64,000 nucleotides of DNA from Alphaproteobacteria bacterium (GCA_965227515.1 CBDDFZ010000001.1:3872001-3936000); one strand, 5' to 3'; counted from the stretch's first letter, positions 19,175 to 30,963 are shown. The notes: generated from the letters alone by a model not told the origin. Numbers and translations: made by a program.

Positions 19175-20470
19175 TGAGCGGTCGGAGAGATAGGTGACGG
19201 ATCGTACCGGAGACATGGGTAACACTTTTGGCCTTTTGGCCGGGGGTGTTGATGCCGTGGAGACGGAGTACGGTTATGGAGGAACGCCTGCGGTTTGTGG
19301 CCCGTTTGCTGGAAGGCGAGAGCATGAGCGCGGTTTGTCGGTCTTTCGGGATATCCCGGAAGACCGGCTACAAGATTTTCAAGCGGTATCAGGCGGAGGG
19401 TGTGCATGCGCTGAGCGACCGGTCTCGCCGCCCGGTGCGCTACGCCAACCAGCTGCCGGCCGCGGTCGAGCGGCTGATCGTCGCGACGAAGAAAGAGAAG
19501 CCGCACTGGGGCGCACGCAAGATCCGGGAGGTGTTGGTGCGCCGTCTTGCCGGCGACGTGCGCATTCCCGCCAGGAGCACGGTGCATGCGGTGCTCGACC
19601 GCCACGGCCTGGTCCAGCGCGCCCGGCGCCGGCGCCACAAGGCGGCGGGCACGCCGCTGTCGACGGCCCATGTCCCCAATGCGCTGTGGTGCACCGACTT
19701 CAAGGGCGAGTTCAAGCTCGGCACCGGCCGCTATTGTTACCCCCTGACGGTGACCGACCAGGCCTCGCGCTTCATCCTGGGCTGCGAAGCCCTTGAGACG
19801 ACCAAGGAGGCGCATGCCTTCCCGGTCTTCGAGCGCCTGTTCCAGGAGTTCGGCCTGCCCGATGCGATGCGCTCCGACAACGGCCTGCCATTCGCCAGTC
19901 CGAACGGGCTCTACAACCTCTCCAGGCTCGCGGTCTGGTGGCTGAGGCTGGGGATCGCGATCGAGCGCATCAAACCCGGCCATCCGCAGCAGAACGGCCG
20001 CCATGAACGCATGCACCTGACCCTGAAGAAGGAGACCACCAAGCCGGCCGGCGCCAACATCCTACAGCAGCAGGCCCGCTTCGACGCCTTCGTCGCCGAG
20101 TTCAATACCGAGCGCCCGCATGAGGCGCTCGCCATGAAGTGCCCGGCAGAGGTCTACACCCCCTCAGCCAAGCCCTATCGCGGCTTGACCGAGCTCGACT
20201 ATCCGTTCCACGACCGGGATGTCGTCGTCACCTCATGCGGGCGGCTGTGCCTGCACCGAAAGAAGATCAACATCTCAACCGTCATGGCCGGACAGCGCCT
20301 GGGAATCAAAGAGGTCGACGAGGGCATATGGCTCGTCAGCTTCATGCACTACGATCTCGGATACATCGACCTGGAGCAGAAAACACTGCAGACACTCGAC
20401 AGCCCGTTCGGCACGAGGTTGTCACCCATGTCTTAGGTACAAACTGTTACCTATGTCTCCGGGTCGGACA
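19175..20470 (+). mobile_element. IS481 family insertion sequence
   Basis: About 50-bp imperfect terminal inverted repeats with internal GAGACATRGGTRAC-like boxes flanking a DDE transposase. Confidence 0.88.
19252..20436 (+). CDS. IS481 family transposase
   Basis: MPW...MEERLRFV HTH, WCTDFKG, RSDNG and PQQNGRHER (DDE). Confidence 0.93.
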   Translation: MPWRRSTVMEERLRFVARLLEGESMSAVCRSFGISRKTGYKIFKRYQAEGVHALSDRSRRPVRYANQLPAAVERLIVATKKEKPHWGARKIREVLVRRLAGDVRIPARSTVHAVLDRHGLVQRARRRRHKAAGTPLSTAHVPNALWCTDFKGEFKLGTGRYCYPLTVTDQASRFILGCEALETTKEAHAFPVFERLFQEFGLPDAMRSDNGLPFASPNGLYNLSRLAVWWLRLGIAIERIKPGHPQQNGRHERMHLTLKKETTKPAGANILQQQARFDAFVAEFNTERPHEALAMKCPAEVYTPSAKPYRGLTELDYPFHDRDVVVTSCGRLCLHRKKINISTVMAGQRLGIKEVDEGIWLVSFMHYDLGYIDLEQKTLQTLDSPFGTRLSPMS

Positions 20471-20480
20471 AATCAGGATC

Positions 20481-20573
20481 TGGCGGAGGGGATGGGATTC
20501 GAACCCACGATACGGCTAATCACCGTATAACGGTTTAGCAAACCGCCGCCTTCAGCCACTCGGCCACCCCTCC
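20481..20573 (-). tRNA. tRNA-Ser(GCT)
   Basis: GGAGGGGTGGCCGAGTGG...GGTTTGCTAAACC...long variable arm...GGTTCGAATCCC...CCGCCA; CCA encoded. Confidence 0.97.
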
Positions 20574-20609
20574 GCGCCAAGCGCAGATCACACGGCGTAT
20601 GCGTCCGCT

Positions 20610-20639
20610 GCTATACCCGCGCCGGTTCGCCAGTGTCAA
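20610..20639 (-). promoter_or_regulatory. Sigma70-like promoter for tRNA-Ser
   Basis: TTGACA-N18-TATAGC on the minus strand. Confidence 0.55.
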
Positions 20640-20898
20640 ACGGCATCGGTGCCGCGCGGGTCGCGTTGTTGCATTCACATGGTGCTGCCCCCCGACAGCC
20701 GCAACCGTCCGCCGCGCCCCAAGGCGTCAGTGCGTATCGGCAACAGGTCCTGTGGAACCTGCGTTTCCCCGGATCGTTTCATGAAAACGCGCTTGTGCGG
20801 CATGCCCCCAATGTGCATAACCGCCGATCTTCCCAACATGGCGACGACGCTGGCTCCGACAGCGATGTCGCGCGACCTGCGCAGAGGAGCCTCGGCCC

Positions 20899-21383
20899 AT
20901 GGAAGGCCTTGCCCCCCGTGAGTTTCGTACGTCCGGCGACGACGTGGACAGCACCGCCCATGCGCGCGCGAACCCGCCCCGCGCGGTTTCGCCCGTCACG
21001 GACGATCAGTTCGCCGACGATCATTTCGCGGAGCGCGATGGCGTGCGCTATGCCGGCACCCACCTGATCGTCGACCTATGGGGTGCGCAGGGCCTGAACG
21101 ACGTGGCGTTCGTCGAGGCGACGCTGCGCGAGGCTGCGGCCGCCGCCGACGCCACCGTGCTGGACGCCAACATTCATCACTTCCAGCCCGGCGACGGCGT
21201 CACCGGCGTGCTGGTATTGGCGGAGAGCCACATCTCCATCCACACGTGGCCGGAGCACGACTATGCCGCCATCGACGTCTTCATGTGCGGCAAGGCCGAC
21301 CCCGCGCTGACGGTGCCGGTGCTGCGCGCGGCCCTGCGCCCGAAACGTGTGGAGGTGTCGGAAATCCGCCGTGGCGTGATGCG

Positions 21384-21387
<4 letters not shown>
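20899..21387 (+). CDS. speD: S-adenosylmethionine decarboxylase proenzyme
   Basis: GTHLIVDLWG and LAESHISIHTWPE...DVFMCG. Confidence 0.93.
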
Positions 21388-22231
<844 letters not shown>

Positions 22232-22235
<4 letters not shown>

Positions 22236-23416
22236 GCGCTTTCGGTTGCGGTCGCTTCGCGCTGCGGCGCCAACAGCCGCAGCAACGCATAGCCGATGAC
22301 GGCCGCGATCACCGAGCCGCCGAGCACGCCCAGGCGCACGCCCGCCGCCGCCTCCGGCGTCGAGAACGACAGCCCGCCGATGAACAGACTCATCGTGAAG
22401 CCGATGCCGGCCAGGAAGCCGACGCCGGCGATGTGCGCCCACTGCACGCCCTCCGGCAGGCGCGCGACGCCCAGCGCCGTCGCCAGCAGGCACGCGCCGA
22501 CGATGCCGATGGGTTTGCCCAGCACCAGACCGGCGGCGATGCCCAGCGGCAATGGGTCGATCAGGGTGTCGAACGTCAGGCCGGTCAGCGGCACGCCCGC
22601 GTTGGCGAACGCGAAGATCGGCATCACGCCGAACGCCACATATGGCAGCAACGCATGCTCCAGGATCTTCAGCGGCGAGCCGCCCTTGGGATCGCGCATC
22701 GGCACCGCCAGCGCCACCACCACGCCGGCCAGGGTGGCGTGCACGCCCGATTTCAGCACGAACACCCACAGCACGATGCCGACCAGCACGTAGGGCGCGA
22801 TGCGCGTGACCTTCAGGCGGTTCAGCGCGATCAGCACGGCGACGGCAATGGCCGCCATGCCGAGCGATTCCAGTGACAGATTGGCGGTGTAGAACAGGGC
22901 GATGATGACGATGGCGCCAAGGTCGTCGATGATCGCCAGCGCCAGCAGAAAGACCTTCAGCGCCAACGGCACCCGCCTGCCGAGCAGCGCCAGCACGCCG
23001 AGCGCGAAGGCGATGTCGGTGGCGGCCGGGATCGCCCAACCCTGCAGATTGTCCGGCGAGTCCAGGTTGATCAGCACGAAGAACGCCGCCGGCAACGCCA
23101 TGCCGCCCACGGCCGCGACGCCAGGCAGCACGATCTGCGAGGGCGTCGACAGTTCGCCCTCCAGCACCTCGCGCTTGATCTCCATCCCGACCAGGAAGAA
23201 GAACACCGCCATCAGCCCGTCGTTGATCCACAGCAGGATGGGCTTGTCGATGGCGAAAGCACCAATGCTGACCACGGCGTGGGTGTCCAGCCCGTCGAAG
23301 TACATCGGCGCCAGGGCCGAGTTGCTGATGATCAGCGCCGCCACCGACGTGACCAGCAGGAAGATGCCACCCGTCGCCTCGTGTTGAATGAACGCTCGAA
23401 TTGCCCGAACTGGCAC
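22232..23416 (-). CDS. nhaA: Na+/H+ antiporter NhaA
   Basis: WINDGLMAVFF, ATDIAF, AIIDD, KSGVHAT and GIGFTMSLFI. Confidence 0.95.
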
Positions 23417-23516
23417 CGCCTGCTCCCTGATCCAGTTTCTCCGCCAGCCCTCTAGGTAGGGCGTGGGCATCGGCTTCGCCACCCGCTGGCCGGTCAACGG
23501 GCCTTCGGGTGGATAT

Positions 23517-24128
23517 TCAGCGGCAGCGGTCGCTTGTCGGGTCCGCCGCGCAGCACTGGTCGAGGGTCCAGTCCTCGAACGGCATGTGCCCCTGCAAGTC
23601 GTCCAGCGCCGCGGCAAACCCGTCGAGCCCGTACGTGGCGATCCAGTTGTCGCCACCGACGGCGACCCAGAGGGTCAGGTCTTCGCTCTCACGCAATCCG
23701 GGAAGGAACCCGGTTAGGATGTTGTTCTTGATCCAGATGTCTCCATCCACCCCCTCCACACCCCAAGCGCGTCGCTCGATGACGAGCGCTTCCGTATCGT
23801 CAAGCGCGACCCGCAACGTTGCGTCGGTGAAATTACCCGGGCTGACCGGGCCAGTCGCGCTGTCGAGCAGGCCTCCGGACAGGGTGATGTGCGATTCGCC
23901 GAAAACCGAGACGCCAAGGGCGTCGGAACGCAACTGGCATGCCGCTTGCCGCTCCAGATGCCGGCAGTGATTGCAGGTGACGGTCCAGGCCTGGTAGGTG
24001 CGCGCGTATTCGATATCGCCGTCGATCTTACCCGGCGGAGGAACATCGTGCTCCCCTTCCGCCCAGGCCGGTGTCGCCAGGCAGACAACCGCAGCAATGT
24101 AGCCAGCGAGAGCGATCACACGTTGCAT
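23517..24128 (-). CDS. Secreted hypothetical protein (loosely IalB-like)
   Basis: Signal peptide ending AWA; YQAWTVTC...C and terminal LDGFAAALD pattern. Confidence 0.55.
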   Translation of the reverse strand: MQRVIALAGYIAAVVCLATPAWAEGEHDVPPPGKIDGDIEYARTYQAWTVTCNHCRHLERQAACQLRSDALGVSVFGESHITLSGGLLDSATGPVSPGNFTDATLRVALDDTEALVIERRAWGVEGVDGDIWIKNNILTGFLPGLRESEDLTLWVAVGGDNWIATYGLDGFAAALDDLQGHMPFEDWTLDQCCAADPTSDRCR

Positions 24129-24218
24129 GGCACAGTTCCCATCGACGACCTTAGCGCCATGCGAGGAGTTTGTCGCCGTTCGGCGCACCGAACCGCTGTC
24201 GGCTAGAACTCTCAGACC

Positions 24219-24262
24219 TTGCATTATCGCCATGTGACGACTATTTCATTGTCATATGGCGA
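24219..24262 (+). promoter_or_regulatory. TA operon promoter overlapped by an inverted-repeat operator
   Basis: TTGCAT-N17-TATTTC; TCGCCATGTGAC (24227-24238) and GTCATATGGCGA (24251-24262) are 11/12 inverted. Confidence 0.55.
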
Positions 24263-24279
24263 AATCCAGGGCGATCCAG

Positions 24280-24690
24280 ATGGCAAGAACGATAGCGGGT
24301 ACCGAGCCGGCCTCGATACGGCACGATGACAACCGGACAGACACGGTTGCCGCCAAGGCGTTCAAGCGCATCGCCGGCTTCTGGCGGTTGAGCAACGACG
24401 AGGCGGCCGCGCTGATGGGCGTTTCGCCCAGGACATGGAGCCGGGTCAGATCGGGCACCTGGCAGGGCCGGCTGTCGCAAGACCAGTTACTGCGCCTCAG
24501 CGCGCTGACCGGCCTCTACAAGGCGCTCCACCTCTATTTCAGCGACCAGTTGGCGGACGCGTGGCCGCGATTGCCCAATGCCGGGGAGGCGTTTCGCGGC
24601 CGCACCCCTGTCGAGACGATGATAGATGGCGGATTGCCGGCGATAATGGGCACCCGCGACCTGGTCGATGCGCTGCGGGGCGGCGCGTGA
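24280..24690 (+). CDS. Xre/MbcA/ParS-type antitoxin
   Basis: HTH then LSQDQLLRLS...LYKALH and W...PN...FRGRTPVETM; alternative start 24256. Confidence 0.85.
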   Translation: MARTIAGTEPASIRHDDNRTDTVAAKAFKRIAGFWRLSNDEAAALMGVSPRTWSRVRSGTWQGRLSQDQLLRLSALTGLYKALHLYFSDQLADAWPRLPNAGEAFRGRTPVETMIDGGLPAIMGTRDLVDALRGGA

Positions 24691-25367
24691 GACTGCCCAC
24701 CACCGCGATTGCCGAGCCCGCGACCGTCCGCCTGATCCCGACCGCCTACTACAAGCCCCCGGTGCTGCGTGCCCTGGTGGACGACGACACCGAACTGGAA
24801 ATCCTGGAACAGCTTGAGGGCCTGACCAACGCCCGCCTGCGCGCCCAGGACACCGGCCTGCCCGACCTCGACGCGCGCGAGTTGGCATTCAAGGCCTGGG
24901 GCCACACCCACATCAACGCCGCGTTCGCCTACACCCGCCCGGATGGCAACCGGTTCAACGACGGGGATCGTGGCGCCTGGTATTGCGCCTTCGACGAACT
25001 GACGGCCATCGCCGAGGTCGGCTTTCACCGCACCAGGGAACTGCACAATATCAACGTCTTCGAGGACGAGGCGGTCTATCAGGCACTGATGGCCGGCTTC
25101 ATGGGCGACTTCGACGACCTGCGCAAGGCGTCGGGGACGCACCCATGCCTGTCGCCGGATACGGCCGTGGGCTACCCCGCCGGCCAGCGATTGGCGCGAG
25201 ACCTGCGCCAGGGCGGTGCCCGTGCGCTGATCTATCCCTCTGTGCGGCGCGACAAGGGCGTCTGCTTGGTCGCTTTCGAGCCGCATTTGGTGCAGAACGT
25301 ACGGCCCGGTGCGCGATGGAAACTGGCCTGGACGGGCACACCGGACTATATGGTCACCACGGCCTAG
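24687..25367 (+). CDS. RES domain toxin (NAD+-consuming family)
   Basis: RFNDGDRGAWYCA, TAIAEV and YPSVR RES motifs; GTGA overlap with the antitoxin. Confidence 0.88.
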   Translation: MRLPTTAIAEPATVRLIPTAYYKPPVLRALVDDDTELEILEQLEGLTNARLRAQDTGLPDLDARELAFKAWGHTHINAAFAYTRPDGNRFNDGDRGAWYCAFDELTAIAEVGFHRTRELHNINVFEDEAVYQALMAGFMGDFDDLRKASGTHPCLSPDTAVGYPAGQRLARDLRQGGARALIYPSVRRDKGVCLVAFEPHLVQNVRPGARWKLAWTGTPDYMVTTA

Positions 25368-25417
25368 GACAGGCGCACGGCATATGCCGGCATCCGGGCC
25401 GATCCAGAGAAGGCTAC

Positions 25418-25744
25418 ATGACAGCAAGGAACGCCAAGTACGTTATCGGCGACATCGTCAAGCACCGGTTCTTCCCGTTCCGGGGCGTGATCTTCGATGT
25501 CGACCCGGTTTTCGACAACACCGAGGAATGGTGGCTGTCGATCCCGGAGAACGTACGTCCGCGCAAGGACCAGCCGTTCTATCACCTGCTCGCGGTGGGT
25601 GAGGAAGGACCGTACGTCGCCTATGTCTCGGAACAGAACCTGCTGCCCGATGCCGAGAACGGCCCGGTCAAGCACCCGGCGGTGACCGAGGTGTTCAGCG
25701 AACTCTCCGACGGGCGCTACGTTTCGCGGATGACGCTTAATTAA
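25418..25744 (+). CDS. hspQ: Heat shock protein HspQ (YccV domain)
   Basis: GDIVKHRFFPFRGVIFDVDP, QPFYHLLA and YVSEQNL. Confidence 0.92.
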   Translation: MTARNAKYVIGDIVKHRFFPFRGVIFDVDPVFDNTEEWWLSIPENVRPRKDQPFYHLLAVGEEGPYVAYVSEQNLLPDAENGPVKHPAVTEVFSELSDGRYVSRMTLN

Positions 25745-25802
25745 CGCCGGTCTTTTTTGGCCACTCGCCGTGATCATCGCGCCTCAAGGAAAATGCCAAA
25801 CC

Positions 25803-25892
25803 CGTCATGCCCGCACTTGTTGCGGGCATCCACGAATTGGCGGCTTAGCCGCCAGGAAGACGTGGATGGTCGGGACAAGCCCGACCATGACG
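25803..25892. repeat. CGTC-tagged REP doublet A
   Basis: CGTC-ATGCCCGCA-CTTGT-TGCGGGCAT-CCACG, spacer hairpin, then inverted CGTC-ATGGTCGGG-CTTGT-CCCGACCAT-CCACG. Confidence 0.9.
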
Positions 25893-25927
25893 AATTGATG
25901 ACGGGACGTTTCCTGCCCTTGGCGTGA

Positions 25928-26908
25928 CTACCCGCCGCCCGCCTGCGCGCGTTCGGCGTGGTGGCAGGCGACCATGTGCGCGCTGCCATTGGCGCCCTTC
26001 AGCCCGCGCAGCTCAGGCACCTCGGCGGCGCAGCGGTCGTCGGCCAGCGGGCAGCGCGGGTGGAAATGGCAGCCGGGCGGCGGCGCCTCCGGGCTCGGCA
26101 TCTCGCCCTTCAGGTTGATGCGCGCGCCACGCGACTTGGGGTCGGGCACCGGGATCGCGGAGATCAGCGCCTGGGTGTAGGGATGCGCCGGCGCGGCGTA
26201 GAGCGCCTTGGCGTCCGCCATCTCGACGATGCGCCCAAGATACATCACCGCCACCCGGTTGGAGATGTACTCCACCACCGACAGGTCGTGCGAGATGAAG
26301 ATATAGGCGAGCCCCATCTCGCGGCGCAGCTCGACCAGCAGGTTCAGGATCTGCGACTGGATCGAGACGTCGAGCGCGGAGACCGGCTCGTCGGCGATCA
26401 CCAGCTTGGGCTTCAACGCGATGGCGCGCGCGATGCCAATGCGCTGGCGCTGGCCGCCGGAAAATTCGTGCGGATAGCGGCTGGCGGCGTCCGCGCCCAG
26501 GCCGACGCGTTCAAGCAGGTCCGCCACCATCTGGCGCCGCTCCGCCCGGTTGCCGACGCCGTGCACCGCGAGCGGCTCGCCAATGATGGACCCGACCTTG
26601 AGCCGCGGGTCCAGCGACGCGAACGGATCCTGGAAGATGAGCTGCATGTGGCGGCGCAACCGGCGCAAGCCGGGCGACGACAGCGCGCGCACGTCGGCCC
26701 CATCGAACATGATGCTGCCGTCGCTGGGCTCGACCAGGCGCAGGATCAGCCGGGCAAGCGTGGACTTGCCGCAGCCGGACTCACCGACGACGCCCAGCGT
26801 CTCGCCAGCCGCCACGGTCAGGCTGGCGCCGTCAACCGCGCGCAACTGGCCGCCGTCGCCGGTGGCGAAGTCCCGGACCAGGCCCTGCACTTCCAGCAAC
26901 GGCGTCAT
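25928..26908 (-). CDS. Oligopeptide/dipeptide ABC ATP-binding protein (DppF/OppF-like)
   Basis: [21 protein letters not shown] and GCHFHPRC. Confidence 0.93.
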   Translation of the reverse strand: MTPLLEVQGLVRDFATGDGGQLRAVDGASLTVAAGETLGVVGESGCGKSTLARLILRLVEPSDGSIMFDGADVRALSSPGLRRLRRHMQLIFQDPFASLDPRLKVGSIIGEPLAVHGVGNRAERRQMVADLLERVGLGADAASRYPHEFSGGQRQRIGIARAIALKPKLVIADEPVSALDVSIQSQILNLLVELRREMGLAYIFISHDLSVVEYISNRVAVMYLGRIVEMADAKALYAAPAHPYTQALISAIPVPDPKSRGARINLKGEMPSPEAPPPGCHFHPRCPLADDRCAAEVPELRGLKGANGSAHMVACHHAERAQAGGG

Positions 26909-27945
26909 GTAGCCGGGTTCCAGCATGCAACGGGGTGCGCGGTGCCCTCATCCAAACGCGCCAGTGGCGGGCGTTCGGTGCGGCAGCGGTCCTGCCGGCG
27001 GCTGCAGCGCTCGTAGAAGTGGCACCCCGCCCCTCGGTCGCCGGGGCTCGGCACCATGCCGGGAATACTCGGCAAAACGTCGCCCGATGCATCCGGCCGC
27101 GGGATCGAGGCCAGCAGGCCACGGGTATAGGGATGGCGGGGAGCGGCGAACAGCGTCTCCACCGCGCACTGTTCCACCACCCGGCCGGCGTACATCACCA
27201 CCACCTCGTCGCAGAACCGCGCCACTAGCCCCAGGTCGTGGGTGATCAGCAGCATCGACATCGATTGCTCGGTACTGAGGTCGGCCAGCAGTTCCATGAT
27301 CTGGGCCTGGATGGTGACGTCCAGCGCCGTGGTCGGTTCGTCGGCGATCAGCAGATCGGGGCCGCAGGCGATGGCGATGGCGATCATCACGCGCTGGCGC
27401 AGTCCCCCGCTCAGCTCGTGCGGATATTGCCTCAGCCGGCGCTGGGCGGCGCCGATGCCGACCTGGTGCAGCAGCGCCTCGGCCTGTTGCAGCGCCTCGC
27501 CGCGCGAGATGTCGCGATGCAGCCTCAGCGCCTCGGAAATCTGCGCGCCGACCGTGTAGACCGGGTTCAGGCTGGTCATCGGCTCCTGGAAGATCATGCC
27601 GATGCGGTTGCCGCGCATGCGGCGCATCTGGCTGGCGCTCAGACGCAACAGATCGGTGCCGTCGAACATGACGCGGCTGCCGCGCTCGATCCGCGCCGGC
27701 GGCATCTCCAGCAGCCGCAGGATCGACATGGCGGTCACGCTCTTGCCGCAGCCGCTCTCCCCCACCAGCCCGATGGTGTGCCCGCGCGGCACCGCGAACG
27801 AGACGTCGTCCACCACGCGCACGTGGCCGCCTTCGGTGTTGAAGCCGATCGAGAGGTTCTCGATGGAAAGGAGGGGTGCGGTTGCGGTGGCATCGGTGCC
27901 GGTTGGCACTTCCGCTCGATCGCTATCCTCCAGACCTATACTCAT
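26905..27945 (-). CDS. Oligopeptide/dipeptide ABC ATP-binding protein (DppD/OppD-like)
   Basis: [16 protein letters not shown] and [14 protein letters not shown]; start uncertain. Confidence 0.92.
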   Translation of the reverse strand: MSIGLEDSDRAEVPTGTDATATAPLLSIENLSIGFNTEGGHVRVVDDVSFAVPRGHTIGLVGESGCGKSVTAMSILRLLEMPPARIERGSRVMFDGTDLLRLSASQMRRMRGNRIGMIFQEPMTSLNPVYTVGAQISEALRLHRDISRGEALQQAEALLHQVGIGAAQRRLRQYPHELSGGLRQRVMIAIAIACGPDLLIADEPTTALDVTIQAQIMELLADLSTEQSMSMLLITHDLGLVARFCDEVVVMYAGRVVEQCAVETLFAAPRHPYTRGLLASIPRPDASGDVLPSIPGMVPSPGDRGAGCHFYERCSRRQDRCRTERPPLARLDEGTAHPVACWNPAT

Positions 27946-28122
27946 TGTCGTCCTCGCCCTTGTGGCGAGGACCCATCGCGGTGCGCGGCGGCGGAGCGTC
28001 CCAAGTACATGCCCATTGCATTTGCATGCACTATGAGGCGATCCCATAAACAGCGATAGACATGGGTCTAGGCAGAGTCCTTGGCCACAAATGGACCCTC
28101 GCCACAAGGGCGAGGGCGACAA
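27945..28122. repeat. CGTC/TGTC-tagged REP doublet B (long spacer)
   Basis: TGTC-GTCCTCGCC-CTTGT-GGCGAGGAC-CCAT and inverted TGTC-GCCCTCGCC-CTTGT-GGCGAGGGT-CCAT. Confidence 0.85.
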
Positions 28123-28135
28123 TTGAGTTTGAAAA

Positions 28136-29077
28136 CTACTCCAGCACCTGGCGCGGGAAGTAGGCCGAGACCACCCAGTTCGGTACGTCGACGATGCAGC
28201 TGATCTTCAGGTCGACGCAGGTGCTGGTCAGCATGTAGGCCTCCACCGGCGCCATGCCGGTCTGCTTGGCCAGCAGGTCGACCATGCCCGAGAGCGCATC
28301 GCGCGCGCCGGTCATCAGGTCGGGGCCGATGCCGGTGGTCACCTCATAGCCCGCGCTGTCGATGTGGTTGGACACCGATCCTGGTACCGTGAAACGCGGA
28401 AACTTCAGGTTGGCGTCCTTCACCAGGTCCAGGCGCACCGCGATGTCCATCGGGCTCTCGATTGCCGTACCGCAGACCTCGCCATCGCCCTGCGCCGCAT
28501 GGGTATCGCCGATGGAAAACAGCCCGCCGGGCACCTCCACCGGCAGATAGAGCGTGGTACCGGCGGTCATGTCGCGAATGTCGATATTGCCGCCGACGCG
28601 GCGCGGCGGCACCACGCTGTGGTGGCCGGGCTCGGCAAGTGCGAGCCCGATGGTGCCGGCGAACGGCCGCAGCGGGATTTTTGCACCCGGGCCATAGAGC
28701 GCCGGGGTCTTGCCGCTGGGGTCGTACTTCCAGATATGCAGCGCCGGGTCCTTGAACTGGTCGGCCAGCAGCCCGAAGCCGGGGATGTTGGCGGTCCAGC
28801 CCCAACCCGAGGGGCCATAGTCGAGCAAGGTGACGGCAATCGCGTCACCCGGCTCCGCCCCGTCGACATAGACCGGGCCGGTGACCGGATTGACCAGCCC
28901 GAAGTCGATGCCCGGCACATCGGCCACCGTCGACGCCGGGGAGAGTTGTCCCCCCGACGCATCGACGGTTTCGAACGCGATCTCGGTGCCCGGCGCCACC
29001 GTCAGCTTGGGCGGGAACGTGTTGTCCCAGCCGTGATGGTGATCATGGGCGTGGATCGTGTGCGCAGCGCTCAGCAT
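28136..29077 (-). CDS. Acetamidase/formamidase family protein
   Basis: [21 protein letters not shown] and [18 protein letters not shown]. Confidence 0.92.
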   Translation of the reverse strand: MLSAAHTIHAHDHHHGWDNTFPPKLTVAPGTEIAFETVDASGGQLSPASTVADVPGIDFGLVNPVTGPVYVDGAEPGDAIAVTLLDYGPSGWGWTANIPGFGLLADQFKDPALHIWKYDPSGKTPALYGPGAKIPLRPFAGTIGLALAEPGHHSVVPPRRVGGNIDIRDMTAGTTLYLPVEVPGGLFSIGDTHAAQGDGEVCGTAIESPMDIAVRLDLVKDANLKFPRFTVPGSVSNHIDSAGYEVTTGIGPDLMTGARDALSGMVDLLAKQTGMAPVEAYMLTSTCVDLKISCIVDVPNWVVSAYFPRQVLE

Positions 29078-29079
29078 CG

Positions 29080-30723
29080 CTATTCAGCTTCGCACAGGTG
29101 CACGTAGTCGTAGTGGACCGGGATGTGCACCGGGTCGACGAAGATCTCGTCCGGGCCGCAGATCCGCTCCGACTTGAAGGTGAAGCGCTGCTCGTTGAAC
29201 ACCGGCACCCACGGTGCGTCGTCCAGGACGGACATGAAAATGTCCTCCCATTCCTGCAGCCTGAGCTCGGCCTCGTCCGGGTTGGTCATGGCATCCGCCG
29301 CGGCGGCACGCGCGTCCAGTTCCTCGTTGCAGTACCAGGCCCAGTTCCAACCGCCCTGCACCGCGCCACCGCAGCCCAGGATCGGGCCGTAGAAGTTCGA
29401 CGGATCGGGGAAGTCGGCGATCCAGGCCATGCCGCCGGACCAGATCATCGGCGCCTGGTCGGGCTCGCCGCCGGCCGCGATCACCGTCGATTGCGCCAGC
29501 GAGTTGATCTCTGCGTTGATGCCGATCTCAGCCAGATCCTGCTGGATCGCCTGGGCAATGCGCGGGTTGGGATCGGTGTTCATGACATAGAGCTCGGTGT
29601 CGAACCCGTCGGGATACCCCGCTTCGGCCAGTGCCTCGCGGGCCGCGTCAGGCGCATACGGATAGCCGATGTCACCCGGCGCATAGGCCGGCATGGCCGG
29701 CGGCAGCGGCTGGTTGGCCGGCACGGCGCGCCCGTTGATGATGCGCACGATGCGGTCCTTGTTGATCGCCATGTTCACGGCCTGGCGAACCAGCACGTTG
29801 TCGAACGGCGGGATGTTGACGTTCATGGTGACGTAGCCGGTGTGAAGCTGGCCGCCCTCGATCAACTGGTCCTGATAATCCGGGTTGTCGCGGACATCGA
29901 CGAAGCGGGCCGGCGGCACGCCGTCGCCCAGGATGTCGACCTCGCCGTTCTCCAGCCGTAACAGGGCCACCGAGGGATCCTGGCCGACTTCGAACACGAT
30001 CTCGTCCAGCTTCGGCAGATCGGCACGGAAATAGTCGTCGTTGCGCGCGAACACCAGGCGCTGGCCCAGGGTCCATTCGGCCAGACTGTACGCACCGGTG
30101 CCGACCGGGTTCTTGCCGAAGTCGGCGCCGAACTCCTCCACCGCCTCCTGCGGCACGGCAAAGGCGAAGTTGATCGCCAGCACGTGCAGGAACGTTGCGT
30201 CGGGACGCGACAGATGGAACACGACCGTGCGGTCGTCCGGCGTCTCGATGCCGCTCAGTCCGTCGGCTTCGCCGGCGGCGGCGGCATCGAAGCCGTCGAT
30301 CATGCCGAAGAAGCCCTGGCCGGGGCTCAAGGTCTCCGGGTTCACCGTGCGCTCGATCGAATACTTGATGTCGGCGGAGGTCAGCGCGCGGCCATTGTGG
30401 AAGGTCACACCCTCCCGCAGGACGAACGTGTAGGTCAGTCCGTCGCTGGAAATCTCATAGCTCTCGGCCAGGTCGGGGATCAGCTCGGTGCTGCCGGGCT
30501 TGTAGTCCATCAGCCCGTCGAACAGGCTCTTGATCATCGACCAGTTCTGCCAGTCGTAACCAATGGCCGGGTCCAGCGTCGACACGTCGTCGTTGTAGGT
30601 GACGATCATGCTGCCGCCCATCGGCACGTCGGCAAAGGCGGCATCGCCGTCCTGCGCGCTCGCCTGTCCGGCGACGAGCGTCAGCGCCGCAATCGCGGTA
30701 GTGGCGGCAAGGAGTTTGCGCAT
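29080..30723 (-). CDS. ABC transporter substrate-binding protein, family 5 (peptide/nickel)
   Basis: Signal peptide, TLDPA, PDLAES, FHNG, PVGTG and VRQAVNMAIN. Confidence 0.93.
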   Translation of the reverse strand: MRKLLAATTAIAALTLVAGQASAQDGDAAFADVPMGGSMIVTYNDDVSTLDPAIGYDWQNWSMIKSLFDGLMDYKPGSTELIPDLAESYEISSDGLTYTFVLREGVTFHNGRALTSADIKYSIERTVNPETLSPGQGFFGMIDGFDAAAAGEADGLSGIETPDDRTVVFHLSRPDATFLHVLAINFAFAVPQEAVEEFGADFGKNPVGTGAYSLAEWTLGQRLVFARNDDYFRADLPKLDEIVFEVGQDPSVALLRLENGEVDILGDGVPPARFVDVRDNPDYQDQLIEGGQLHTGYVTMNVNIPPFDNVLVRQAVNMAINKDRIVRIINGRAVPANQPLPPAMPAYAPGDIGYPYAPDAAREALAEAGYPDGFDTELYVMNTDPNPRIAQAIQQDLAEIGINAEINSLAQSTVIAAGGEPDQAPMIWSGGMAWIADFPDPSNFYGPILGCGGAVQGGWNWAWYCNEELDARAAAADAMTNPDEAELRLQEWEDIFMSVLDDAPWVPVFNEQRFTFKSERICGPDEIFVDPVHIPVHYDYVHLCEAE

Positions 30724-30963
30724 GGTTTCGGTCCCCCGATGATGTTGTTGTGGTCCGTCATCGGGCTAGCAATCGTTGTGCCGGCCCAGGCGGAACCTTG
30801 TCGCGTGCACGGATAGTTGACCACAGCGGGCCGGGTCGCCGCAATGGCGGATAAGCTGCCCGTCCCGCTCCCTTCACGGTGCTGTCAACTCCGGCCAGCC
30901 GGTATGCGCTTGTCTCGCGGCCACGTGGCGCTATCCTCCGTTGCCAGACGATCGGAGCAGTAC

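Noticed and set aside
16134-20573. Integrase-type genomic island at tRNA-Ser
   Set aside because: No tyrosine or serine integrase and no duplicated tRNA 3' end (att) were found; only IS481 sequences are seen.
20700-20898. SAM or polyamine riboswitch upstream of speD
   Set aside because: I could not match a known consensus by eye; an Rfam scan would be needed.
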